Positions 52,101 through 63,243 of a DNA stretch of 64,000 nucleotides are shown piece by piece. The DNA comes from an uncultured Nitrospinota bacterium (GTDB lineage: Bacteria > Tectomicrobia > Entotheonellia > J063 > CAVPRW01). The translations under genes were made by a program, and so were the position numbers. The stretch covers positions 128,001 through 192,000 of the forward strand of contig CAVPRW010000010.1 in assembly GCA_963707985.1 (NCBI GenBank), read 5' to 3'. Positions within the stretch are counted from its first letter, which is position 1, and every line of letters begins with the position of its first letter. A model generated the notes under the pieces. It searched no databases, was not told the origin of the DNA, and saw only the letters and a list, made by a program, of their open reading frames with translations.

Positions 52101-52710
52101 TCGAAAAAGATGTCCTGCCCGTGGGTGAAGGCGGTGGCATTGATATCTTTGGCAGCGCGGGCAGCCTGAGTACCGGTGTGCACGCGCACGCCGGAAAAGT
52201 CGGCTCCGAAGGATTGCTCCATCGGGCGACGTGCTGAGGGGTTGAGCGGCTGGCCGCCGCTGGACTGCAACGCTCCAGTCACGCTCGGAGGGAGAGGGGA
52301 CGCGGGGACGGCGGCGTCGGGGGGCGCGCCGAACTGCCTGGCGCTGGATCAACGGTGGCGTTCCAGACGGCTCCTGCGCGGGCATGGATGTGGCCGATGA
52401 CATCGGCGCCGCGTGGTCTGTGCCCAACAGGCGATTGACACGGGCATTCCCCACCGACCGCTGCATCGCCCTGCTCATGCGTGCCCGCCCTGGGCGCACC
52501 GGGGCCGGTTGGTGGCTCAGTCAGCAGATCACCGGCGCGGGCGGCGGGCGGCGTGCCATTGGGTGGGGGCAACGCATCGGCGACAGCCCGCTGCACCAGA
52601 GCAGCGTGAGCCATGCCGGCCTCTTGCTCGGGCGGCTCAGGCTGCTTCTCCGTGTTCGGCGTTGGCCCCGCTTTGCTTGGCGGCTCAGCCTGGATTTTGG
52701 TCGGTGGCAT
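49142..52710 (-). CDS. DUF4157 effector 2, multiply frameshifted (pseudogene or assembly error), with a ParB-like tip
   Basis: Colinear fragments 52710-52279, 52499-, 52282-51953 (LLAHELTHTIQQ), 51842-, 51160-, 50882-, 50532-49483 and 49486-49142 (IDEGHHRFVAS). Confidence 0.75.
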
Positions 52711-52827
52711 AGGAGAGTTTCACTCTCGATCATCGATTACTGGACGAAGCCGTCAAGCTGCAATACTGTCCTGTCTCTTCACGGACCACATTTCAACCCG
52801 TTGGCAGTAAAAAGCTGTCCCTTCATC

Positions 52828-53685
52828 TCAGGCATGTATTTTTTGTGCTGGCCGCGCCAGCAGCGATGTTTCCGGTGCGCTGAAGGGGCGTCGCTCGCCG
52901 GCCCCCCAATCCATGAGAGGCGCACCGTCCTCCAAAGCCTGGAGGCTCGCGTGGGCGCCAGCGTGAGAGCCGCTGAAGGTGAACACGCCTGCCAACGTCC
53001 TCACGGCGCCGCCGGCCGATCCTTCGGGAACAGGGGACTCGAGGTCGGGATTGATCACCTGGTTGGCGAAATCCAGCCAGATGCGCTTGTCCTGGCGGCA
53101 GTCGAAGGTCCGACACGGTAGCGGGCGCTGCTGGTAGACGGTGCAGTGACAGCCACCGCGGTCCAGGTGTTTGCAGTAGCCGTCGCCATCCTGGGCGATA
53201 ATGTAGGGCAACTGCAAATCCCATTGAATCATGCCTTCATCGACATCTTGCTTGGACAGCGGGAACCACAGCCGGCAGCACGCCGCCTGGCAGAGGTGGA
53301 CGCGGTTCTCACAGTCGATCTGCACGCCGCCGGTCAAGGCGTATTTGTCCTGCTCGGGCTCCAGCAAGTTAACCCCCATCCCCTTGTCCAGAAAGCGCTT
53401 CTCCATGCGTTCCGCCACGGTGTCCTTGCGCGCATCCAACTCCTCGATGGTGATGATGCCTTTTTCCTGCAGAAGTTCGATCAGCGCATAGAGGAACGAA
53501 GCGGCCTCCAGGAGCCGGCTGGTGTTGGCGTTGGCCCGGCTGTGGGTGTAGAGCAGGCCGCCCACGAGCTCTTGGCGCAGGTCGGCCAGGGTCGTCGAGA
53601 GGCTGCCATTGGCCTGCACCGCCAGGGGCGCGTCTTCTGACTTAGGATCAGGTGTTGCACTGATGGTCGCTTGATGGGGCGCCAT
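52828..53685 (-). CDS. YkgJ/CxxCxxCC Cys-cluster family protein
   Basis: AGGAG RBS; CENRVHLCQAACC...C.HL....C.VY..RP..CR.FDC. 3' end uncertain. Confidence 0.8.
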   Translation of the reverse strand: MAPHQATISATPDPKSEDAPLAVQANGSLSTTLADLRQELVGGLLYTHSRANANTSRLLEAASFLYALIELLQEKGIITIEELDARKDTVAERMEKRFLDKGMGVNLLEPEQDKYALTGGVQIDCENRVHLCQAACCRLWFPLSKQDVDEGMIQWDLQLPYIIAQDGDGYCKHLDRGGCHCTVYQQRPLPCRTFDCRQDKRIWLDFANQVINPDLESPVPEGSAGGAVRTLAGVFTFSGSHAGAHASLQALEDGAPLMDWGAGERRPFSAPETSLLARPAQKIHA

Positions 53686-54129
53686 GGAATTATCTCCTCT
53701 TTGGGGCAATCTGTGAAAATGCCATTCGAGTCTGACCCCAGTTCTCCAGTTCACGGAACATTTTCCTGTTCTCTGCCGGTAAGGCCATCCAGAAACAATG
53801 TGTAAGAACGCGGAAAGCTGATTAACTGATTGCTTTTAGGCATGTCATCGTCACCGCAGTCATCGTAGCGTTTAATATATTTCGCGGTAGTGGTACTGAT
53901 TCCCCATTTGTTATAAACGCTCCAGGTATAATACATAGCGGTATACAACATAGCCAGCATCCTTGTAGCCAGCGGTGGTCATGTTTTTGAATACTTGATA
54001 GCACTCAATTCATCGAACTATAGAAGCTTTGGATCTTCAGGCATAGGTTTGTGTTTAAGTATAAATAGTGTCATACTGTTTATTAATCATATCAGCATTT
54101 TTCTTTCAAAAATATTTTAGTTTAAAGGA

Positions 54130-56858
54130 TTATGGAGATGTGGTATTCTCAAAGAGTATCCTGATGGTAATATCTACGCGACGGTATCGCTGGTCATTGT
54201 TCCTGGGATCGGCTGTTTGTCCTAAGCTTTCTTCTGACCCTTTACCTTCATCGGTTACCACCTTGGCAGGGGTGGTATTATCAGGAACAGGGATCATTAC
54301 AGCCTCTGTTAAAGGATTGATCACGATCATGGGTACGGATCCCTTGTATTGCTGGTAAACATCCATGATGTACGTTCTTACATTTTGCGCCCGCCGGTTG
54401 GCAAGCTGCTCGTTTTCTGTGGCCGCAGCTACAAATGTTTTAGCGGAATTCCACCTCGCTGAAGCGTTACCTACAATACTCATACGTATATCCGATACCG
54501 TTGTATATTCTCCGTATTCTTTCAGCATCGATAAAACATCGTTTAGTACTTCCCTGTTGCTCCACTCGTGTTTGTCGTCCATGATCACATCGCTCTGTGT
54601 ATCGAAATAAACGGTGAATAGCCGTTCGAGAGGAGGAGGAGGAGGAGGAACAGGTCTTTTCTTTGGGTAACAATGTAAAGAGCTTTTCCATACCCATCGG
54701 AGCGGCACACCTGTAAACATTTTATAGGCAGGGTCACTAACGGCCTGCACCTGTACTCTTTCCTGCCCGCTAGACGTACTCCAGGAGGCGCCTTCCCTCA
54801 GCCATACAATGATGTTGTCTTCTTCCTTGGCGAAGCCGGTACCTTCTATTCCGCCAGTTACCTGGAACAAGGGTCCGCATTGACTTATATCTTCACTGTT
54901 AAGTATAGCCTTTGCTTCAATCATAGACATTTGTCGCTTATGCCTGAGCGTAGCTGTAAACCAGCTATCGGTCGTAGCGATCTGCCGTTCTTCATCTGTA
55001 AGTTTATATACTTCTTTTTTGATCTCATCTACTGTGGAGGCGGCATCAGAAATAACGGAACTAAGCCGGTGAAGATTGGGGAAACGATCATAACGCTTCA
55101 GCATGTCGCCGTTTTTATATTGCTCCGGCGCTTCGGGTACAGGAAGCGCCTCGGCCCATGCACGTGAAGCAGGCCAGTTCGCCATGATGGCGCCGGAGGT
55201 AAAGAAATGAGCGAGCATCATTCCATAGCGGTACCGATGTACAGGGTTGCTTAGTTCGTAGTCATCGGGAAATGGTGGCACATCGCCGCCGCTATGATAA
55301 GGGCCAGAATCCACACCACCGAATATGGCGCTGCCGATAGTAGTTATAAATCCTTTTTGCTTCGCGAGATTTTCCATTGTTTTTACATCATCGGGCGATA
55401 AGCTTTGATATAGCGGTTGTATCAGGTTCTGTTCTTCGATCAATGTTTGCATATCCCAGGCTTCGGCTTCTGCACCTGTTAAGGGTTTTTTTCTTTAAGA
55501 ATAGCAGCCGCAGTTTTGGAAACACATCATCGAAAATCACCTGGTTACCTCTTCTCATCAGTTGTTCTAGTGTATTGCCACGCATTACATTCCATCCTGC
55601 AGGATACCTTTCGCGCTACTTCATTGGCTCCGCCGGCAACTACATAAGCGGCCAATGGCCATTTGATTTCATGTCCTCTTGATCGCATTTTTTCATAAAA
55701 CCATAAATAGAAATTCCTTCGCTGGTCTATTTGGGTATATTGGCGACTCCGGCCATTTTCGAGGTTATAACTGTTAGCCTTATCCCAGGGTTCTGCCTGG
55801 GTTAGCCGGTCCATATAGGTCCGGTCACCATCCTGCATAGTTTTAGGATCGTCGGTAGGGCCGAATTCTTTGGACCGTATAGTGTTAGTTCGTGATACTC
55901 CATGCCCTTGCGTGGATAGGAAATTTACGGGTCTTTTTTCCCGCTCCGACGGCGCCCCACCTGTGGCCGCCCCTTCCTTCGCCTGCGTCCGTGCCCGCTG
56001 CAGCTGCTCGCCATCCTGCTGCACCACATGCGTCAACTCATGGGCCAGCAATTCGCGGCCACTTGATGTGCCGGGGTTGAATTCTCCCTGCTGAAAAAAG
56101 ATATCCTGTCCGGTCGTAAAGGCGCGTGCATTCAGGGAACGGGTGAGGTGGTCGGCGGTCGAGTCGGTATGCACCCTGACCCCACTGAAATCCGCGCCCA
56201 TCCCCTGTTCCATCGGCGCACGAACAGAGTCGGTCAGCGTCTGACTGTTGCCACGATTGGTATTGATCTGATTCTCGATTTCCGGGGTGACCTCTGGCGT
56301 TGCAGCAGAGGTAGCCTGCCGCTGAAGTGTTGCTGCGCATGACGGGCAAAGTGTCGCACTAGGATCACGCTGCAGTTTTTTGTTACACTCCGGGCAATGC
56401 TGAGGGCCTGAGGTGGCTTGCATCTTGGCTTGCCATGGCTCTGCGGCTTCGCCTGGGCGTTGCCCGCCTCGTTGCGTGGAGGAGGCCTTCTGGCTGACCA
56501 CCTGCCTCGCCACACGGTCAGCCTCTTGCTCATAGGGATCGTTCGGGGCGCCGACTGTGAGTTTCGCTTGTACCGTTGTCCCCCACAGGCGAGATAGGCG
56601 GGCATTCCCCATGGTGCGCTGCATGGAGCTCATCATCCGGGCTCGGCCAATGTGACCAACCCCTTGTCCCGGTGCCATCATCACGTCAGCCGTACGCATG
56701 GCGGATGGGTTACCATTCAGGGGAGGCGGCATTGACGTCGTGGTCTGCGCTGTCGGAGACGGTCCAGCCTGTTGTTCGGGCGGCTCAGGCTGCTTCTCCA
56801 TGTTCGGCGTCGGCCCCGCCTTGCTTTGCAGTTCGGCCTGGGTTTTGGTGGTGGACAA
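54130..56858 (-). CDS. DUF4157 effector 3 with a Cys-knuckle and C-terminal OmpA-like domain, frameshifted ~55590 and ~55450
   Basis: Shared leader, CPEC...CPSC, LLAHELTHVVQQ; C-terminal VYFD...IVGNAS...NEQLANRRAQNV...QRYRRVDI. Confidence 0.78.
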
Positions 56859-56967
56859 TGTGCGATTTCCTATTATCCGTTGCTGGCATAACCCCAGACT
56901 CAGGATAACAACTCCATCCCTCATATCAAATTGCCAGGCTTCGTTCTCGCCACATTCATGTTAACGG

Positions 56968-58218
56968 TTAATGTGGTGGAACATAGTATGGCTGTGTTCT
57001 GCGCACATGTGTTTCTGCCAGCATCTCAGCAGTAGGTTTGAATATCTGCCGATGTGCTGTGATCCGTCGTACATGAGGTCTGAGTAAATTATATTTCCTT
57101 TTCAATTCAAGTATATTCACAGAGAATGTCACACCAAAATCTGGTTTGCCATTGTCCTTAGTCACATAGAAATCGAGAAGCAAGTTGGAAAGCTCAGTAT
57201 AAAACAGGACAAATTCCTCCTGATGCGCATCAATCAATTTCCTGACTTCCTGCTTTAGCGATGTTGCACCCAACCGAAACTTCTCGCGTATGGATTGTTT
57301 CTGAGCAAAATCACGCGTATTGTCGTAATCGTTTAACAAGTTGATATAGCGGTCTGCCATGAACAACGCCAAAGAAAGTTCGCGTTGGTCATGTTCAACT
57401 TCCGTTTCTGTATCCATGTCTTCGGATGAGACAAAACTTTGAAAGCCTGTAACCTTATTTTGGTGGCCGTGCTGTTGAAGAATAGCTAAAAACCTGCTCG
57501 CGAAGGATCCTTGTTCCCGTCTGCTCCAGGCAGTCGTACAGTTTGATAAATTAATCTCGCCTTTGAGGGCCGGCGTTAGTCCAAGTGTAACCAAGTAGTC
57601 ATAAAGTTCCTCGGGGGATTTCCCGGCTACCTTTGGCGGATGGTCTCCGAAGGCCGGCTCGCCGTGGGCAAGTATGGTAAGCGGCTCATCAGGCCGCAAA
57701 TACCACAGCGGAGGTAAAGGCCGATCTTGTGAATACCAATTCTCCTCAGTCACCAATTTGGTGGCGTGATGAGGAGATGCCCTGTTTTGACGTGCAATCT
57801 CGATATTCGCGGCGCGAATGATTGTTTCATCCGTGAGGTCCAGATTCAGAACCATCCGCTGAATGATAGGTTGACTAGAATCGACCTTCCTTTGCAGTTG
57901 GTCATTTGCTTGCGCCGAAGTTGATGTCGTACCCAGCATCCGATTCACACGCGTATTGCCCGCCGACTGCTGTAAACCCGTTATCAGGCGGGCACGTCCG
58001 GGAGCACCAGGGTTTTCTTCTGGCGTTGTCAGCAGCTCAGCGGCACGGGCAGCAGATGGAGCCTCGTGGGATGGGGGCAGCGCACCCGGCGCCACGGCCC
58101 GCTGTATGGGGGTGGCGTGCGCTGGCCCTTCCTGCTTCTCCGGCACTTCAGGCTGGACATCCACGGTCGGCGGCGGCGCCTTTGCGGGGACTTCAGCCTG
58201 GGTTTTTGTCGTAGCCAT
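56968..58218 (-). CDS. Effector 4: shared leader plus C80/CPD-like cysteine peptidase domain, no DUF4157
   Basis: Leader homologous to effectors 1-3; LTILAHGE...EINLSNC His/Cys pattern; AT-rich C-terminal two-thirds. Confidence 0.65.
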   Translation of the reverse strand: MATTKTQAEVPAKAPPPTVDVQPEVPEKQEGPAHATPIQRAVAPGALPPSHEAPSAARAAELLTTPEENPGAPGRARLITGLQQSAGNTRVNRMLGTTSTSAQANDQLQRKVDSSQPIIQRMVLNLDLTDETIIRAANIEIARQNRASPHHATKLVTEENWYSQDRPLPPLWYLRPDEPLTILAHGEPAFGDHPPKVAGKSPEELYDYLVTLGLTPALKGEINLSNCTTAWSRREQGSFASRFLAILQQHGHQNKVTGFQSFVSSEDMDTETEVEHDQRELSLALFMADRYINLLNDYDNTRDFAQKQSIREKFRLGATSLKQEVRKLIDAHQEEFVLFYTELSNLLLDFYVTKDNGKPDFGVTFSVNILELKRKYNLLRPHVRRITAHRQIFKPTAEMLAETHVRRTQPYYVPPH

Positions 58219-58221
58219 CGT

Positions 58222-60729
58222 CTACCTCGGTTCTCGTGGCTCGAGCAAAATATCGGTCATGATCCACTCGTAGAACTCTTCCCCGAACTCCCCTTTGGTG
58301 ATCGGCTTACCGAGTTTCTGGTACTCACGAGCGGTAGCGAGCACCAGGTGCCGCAGCGTCATGGTTGGCTGCTGGCCCGGCTCGGCATCCGCCAGCGCCC
58401 GAAATGCCGCGTCGAGGACGATGTTGCGAATGTTGCCCCCAGCTAGGCGAAAGCGCTTGACCAGGGCGCGCATGCTCTCATCCGCTGGTCGGACCAGGCC
58501 AGCAGGGAACATACCTAGCCAGATGCGGTAGCGGGCCTCTTCTTCGGGGAAGGGGAATTCGACGATGACATGGATGCGGCGCATAAACGCTTCGTCGATA
58601 TTCTGCCGCAGGTTGGTCGCCAGGATCACGACGCCAGCATATTCTTCCACCCGTTGCAGTAAGAAGTTCACCTCCATGTTGGCCCAGCGGTCGCGGGCCT
58701 CTTTGACCTCACCGCGTTTGCCGAAGAGCGCATCGGCCTCATCGAAGAAGATTATGGCGTTGGAGTCCTCCGCTTCGGCAAAGACACGGCTGAGATTCTT
58801 CTCCGTCTCCCCGACGTACTTGCTCACCACCGCCGACAGGTCAATCTTGTACAGGTCGACGCCCTGTTCGCGGGCCAGTAGTTCAGCCGCCATGGTTTTG
58901 CCGGTCCCGGAGGAGCCGGTGAAGAGGACGATCATCCCCTTGCCGAGCGTCAGCCGGTGTTCGAAGCCCAGGCCAGACAATACCTGGCTCCGGTGGCGAA
59001 TCCGCTGCCGGAGCTCGTCGAGTTGGCGCCGATTGGATTCGGGTAGGATCAGGTCGGCGAAGGTCAGCTCGGTGCGCGGCTCCACGCGGCGGGCAAAGGT
59101 AATCAGGCGCCGGCCCGATTGGCGGCGACAGCCATCGTGCAGGTCTTCGCTGGTGATACGGGGACGCTGTGGGTCGCGCTGGAGGGCCAGCTCTCGCGCC
59201 GTCGCCAGGGCGTCGTCGATCTGGCCCTCGGTGAGTTGGAAGCTATTGGCCAGCAGTTCAACCAGCATGCCCCGATCCAAACCTGTATCGGTGAACGCCT
59301 GCGCGGGCGGCAGGTAGGTTGCCCATAACCGGCGCCGCAGCTCATAGCCTGGCACGGGAAATCCAAGCCGCACAAAGGGCCGGTCGTGAAAACGTCCGGA
59401 GGGGTCCCAGCTGATATGGCTGGCCAGAAAGCTCAGTCCTTGGAAACGCTCCGCTGCCGTCACGAGGTAGTCCCAGCGATGGGACGATTGATCCGCCTCC
59501 AGTAAGAGCTCACCCTGCGACCAGTAGAGTGCGGCGCCGCGCAGGCTAGCCTCACGATAACAGAGATCGATGTTGGTCTCGTAACCAGAGGGAGATCGGA
59601 GTGCAGCGGCGACGTCCGCAATCAGCAGAGGCATCGACACGGCCGTGCAAAAGGCGTTCGCTGACCGCAAGCGACCACTGCCGTATGGGCCCTGCAAAAA
59701 GAGCGTGGCGCCGGCAGTGGGGTCACGACGCAGGTCTTGCCACCATGCCGCCAGGGTCTTCAGCCGCGCCAGGCGCTCCGGGTCGGTAATCAATTGCTCC
59801 CAGGCGATTGGCTGGTCAGCTTCGCGCAGGATACCGTTCAGCCGGCCATCCAATTGCTCACTGCCAAGCAGATACGCGGCGATGCGGTCGTCGATTCGGA
59901 TCGAGCGTATGGGCAAGGGCTCGTCGCTTTGGCTTGTGCTCCCTGGCCCAAGCAGGTGGTGCGCCAGCAAGGGGGACTGGGCATCGAATGCAGCCCGGCC
60001 AGGCATGGGTTGGGGGGCAACCGGGTGTAAAATCTCCAAGGCTAATTCGACCGTGGGCCGCAGGCGCGAGGCATCGTCCTGGAGGTAGCCAAATAACCGG
60101 CGATAACGGCCGTCCAACTCGGGCAATAGGCATAGGAGCAGAATATCCCGTTCCAGGTCGGATAGGCTAAACAGATACTGCACACGCTCGAGGCGCAGGC
60201 TCAGCAGCGACGGCGTGTGGGCCTTGCGCACTTTGATCGCCCGCGCTAGCCGGTCTGCCGCGTGCCAGTAGGGCACAAGAGCCTGTTCAAGCTCTGCCGG
60301 TAAGGTGTCGGGCGGAATGAAAGAGGAGTTTAAATAGGTTGCCACCTCCGCATCGGTGACGTGCACCATCCCCCATAAGTGCTGGGGTTTACTCTTCCCG
60401 ATCAAGTGCAGCCAACGGATCACTTGGGCGCGGACGAGTTGGTCGATGCGGGCCAGTTCGTCCCAGAGATGCTCGATACTGCTGTGATACGGCGCGGACG
60501 GGATCGACCGAGCGCTGTCATGCAGCCAGGGTGACACCGGCGATGCATCGAACGCGTGCTGATTCGTGTCATTCAACTCATCGTACTCAGCCATATCATC
60601 AGTTCCATTGCAGCGATCCACTGCCAGGTCCAGATTTATAATGTGCGGTGCGATGTCGTTGTATGCCGCCGCACCCCGATAGCTCCCGTCAAGTACCTCG
60701 CACTCTAAAGCGCACGCGTCGCGGCTCAA
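58222..60729 (-). CDS. AAA+ ATPase, eCIS Afp15/Pvc15-like
   Basis: GSSGTGKT, VVSKYVGETEKNL, FFDEADALFGKR, DRWANMEVNFLLQRVE and DEAFMRR. Start may be 60594. Confidence 0.92.
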   Translation of the reverse strand: MSRDACALECEVLDGSYRGAAAYNDIAPHIINLDLAVDRCNGTDDMAEYDELNDTNQHAFDASPVSPWLHDSARSIPSAPYHSSIEHLWDELARIDQLVRAQVIRWLHLIGKSKPQHLWGMVHVTDAEVATYLNSSFIPPDTLPAELEQALVPYWHAADRLARAIKVRKAHTPSLLSLRLERVQYLFSLSDLERDILLLCLLPELDGRYRRLFGYLQDDASRLRPTVELALEILHPVAPQPMPGRAAFDAQSPLLAHHLLGPGSTSQSDEPLPIRSIRIDDRIAAYLLGSEQLDGRLNGILREADQPIAWEQLITDPERLARLKTLAAWWQDLRRDPTAGATLFLQGPYGSGRLRSANAFCTAVSMPLLIADVAAALRSPSGYETNIDLCYREASLRGAALYWSQGELLLEADQSSHRWDYLVTAAERFQGLSFLASHISWDPSGRFHDRPFVRLGFPVPGYELRRRLWATYLPPAQAFTDTGLDRGMLVELLANSFQLTEGQIDDALATARELALQRDPQRPRITSEDLHDGCRRQSGRRLITFARRVEPRTELTFADLILPESNRRQLDELRQRIRHRSQVLSGLGFEHRLTLGKGMIVLFTGSSGTGKTMAAELLAREQGVDLYKIDLSAVVSKYVGETEKNLSRVFAEAEDSNAIIFFDEADALFGKRGEVKEARDRWANMEVNFLLQRVEEYAGVVILATNLRQNIDEAFMRRIHVIVEFPFPEEEARYRIWLGMFPAGLVRPADESMRALVKRFRLAGGNIRNIVLDAAFRALADAEPGQQPTMTLRHLVLATAREYQKLGKPITKGEFGEEFYEWIMTDILLEPREPR

Positions 60730-63233
60730 GCCATGATACCGCTTCCAATTCCACCAGGTAGCCAGCCATGTCGATGACCATGTCCAGCGGCCGGTGCTCC
60801 AATTCGACCAGCAAGCTGTTCTGGTAGATGGAGATGTGGCCCGGCCGGCGGATGAAATTGGTCAACAGGTAAGGCACACTCGAATCGGCGAAGTGCCGCA
60901 GCCAGCGTGCCCAAAGCCGTAGCAAGCTGATGGCTGTCAGGGCGATGGTGAGGTCGGCTTGAGGGAAACCAAGTTGACCGGCGTCGAGCGCCGCCAGCGC
61001 TGCCAGCAATTGATTGCGGCCGGCGACGTGGGCCGCAGCCACGTCGTCTGTTGCCTGTGATCCAACCACGACCTGGCGCCAGGCTGAGGTGACGGGAGCC
61101 AGAGTGTCGTCAATAATGAGCGCATCGGGTTGGTGCCCACTGGCCGTGGCCCATGCATCCAGCCATTCAGCCACGACGTTCGGTACACCTGACACGTCAA
61201 CAATACGGCCGAGGGGCCAGAGCGTAGCCGTTTCGTCGCCAGCCACGATCGCCGTTACGCCACTCTCCAGCAGCACGTGGTACAGGTGGAGCGCGGATAC
61301 CACCCAGGAGCCGCTGCGAGACCATGGTTTGCAACCAGGTGGCTTGAAAACGCGCCTCTTCGGCCAGACTCGTTGTGGACCAACGAGCGCGCAGGGTGGC
61401 AAGGGACCAGTCCGCCTCGCGGTGGACGTCGTCGTTATCTTGCCCAGCGAATAGCAGCAAGCCCCGGTCGATCTGACCGTCCACGACGCCATATGGACCG
61501 GCCCAACGCATATAGAGGGCAAGCAACATCGACTGCAGGTGGGAGGCTCCGAGTGTGCCCTGGGCTGGATAGTGTTCACGTTCGACCAGGCCCGCCAGTC
61601 GGGAATCCAGGAGCGCCCTGAACAAGAGCGCAACACCAGCACACTGGGTGTCGATGCCGGCCCTGGAGAACAGAGCCGCCCCATTGTCGCTGGTGGCCAG
61701 CGTCTCGATCACAGTCAGGGCCAGTGGACCCAGGTCGGCCAGGAACTGGAACGCCGTGGCCGCACCAGCACGTGCCCCCTCTGGCAGGGCACGGAGCACG
61801 GCCGCGCTATCACGGCTATGTAGCCAGCGTAGCATTTCGGTAGCCGAGCGGGCACGCATAACCCAGGCCCACGCCATCAGCAGGCGTTGGATCATCTCCG
61901 GCGCCATAGGGTCACCGGCCCAGCCTGGGAATTGTTCGACAAACACAGCATACAGGCGCAAGGCGTTCGCTGGTGCGTCGGGCTGCCGGTGATCTAGTCC
62001 TAGCCCTCCGGCGCGGAGGACGACGAGTAGACTCTCCAGGAGCTCACGCTGTCGCGGTGTCGGGCCATGACCCGCTGGCCGGAGAGGCAAAACGGCGTGC
62101 AACTCGTCTTCGTGTGGATATAACGCCTGTCTACCAAGAAGCTCAAGTGATCCGGATAGAGAAATTTGGTTCTGGAGCACCGCCCAATCATCCTGTGCGT
62201 GCCCAGGGCTAAGGGGATAGCTCTCTACCAGCATCTCTGCGAAAGCCACCTGGAGCCAAGCCCTATCCAACCAATCGAGACTTGCCAACACTTCGCGCAG
62301 TCGTTCCAGGAACGTTTGGTAGCGCTCCTGATCTCTGTGTGCCTGCGACCCTAATAGGAAGATCGATTCGCCCCCTTCAGCTTCACTGGGCACGGCCCAC
62401 GGTGGGCGAAGATGACCGTGTGTGGTAAGAAAGCGTAGGATGTGGAGCAGCGCGGCCGCTAGCCCGATACGATCGCGCCAGTCAGGCGGCGAGGGCCTGG
62501 TGGCTAGGTACGCCTGCAATAATACTTCACGGTTCGAGGGGGATGCGGCCCATAGGTCTAATTGGTCTACCAAACGCAGCGCCTCGACTAGCAAAGATCC
62601 GAAGGCAGCCCGCTCGGTTCCCGGCGCAATACGCACCTGGGACCACAGCCAGCGCTGGGTTGAAGCGTCGAGCATGGCCAACAGTGCCGCGAGCGCCCCG
62701 TAGCGTTGGAGATAGCCCAGGATCGCAGGCAGGTGATCAGCGTTCTCGTGCAGTACAGTTCGTACAATCTCCCAGGGATCGCGAGCGCGGAGGGCAGCAA
62801 ATGCACCGTAAAACCACTGGTTCCATGGCGTACCGTGTGCGAGGTCGGCCAGAAAACGGGCCACGTACTCCGCCTGATTGGCGAAGCAAACCACTAGCAG
62901 GGGAGCGCCGGCATCTCTCCCACCCGGACTGACTGTTCCCGTACTCTGGGCGGCAATCGCGTGCATCACCGCACCTGCCATACGGTCACCCCACCGCTGG
63001 GCAAGCTGAGCATCGGTCACATAGACGTCCACGAGCAACGCGATATCGAAGTCTACCTGGCGAAGGATGTAAACCGCCGGGTCGTCGCCTAGCGCCTCAT
63101 CGAGGGCAGTGGCGTAGTTGACCGCGATCTGCTCACGCGCCATGCGCTCCAAACGTGCCACCAACACGTTCGCCGAGGCCGAGTTGCCCAGGATGCGGTA
63201 GTCGCAGTGTAGGTGTCCAATATGGCCATCCAT
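60689..63233 (-). CDS. Contractile injection system tape-measure-like protein (Afp14-like), frameshift ~61280
   Basis: Helical protein directly upstream of the ATPase; C-terminal FIRRPG.I......VELE.RPLDMV......VSWL...V.F. Confidence 0.6.
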
Positions 63234-63243
63234 GGTTGAATTC

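Noticed and set aside
53751..54100. AT-rich short ORFs after effector 3 as an immunity gene
   Set aside because: Only fragments of 69 aa or less on the coding strand, with no motif.
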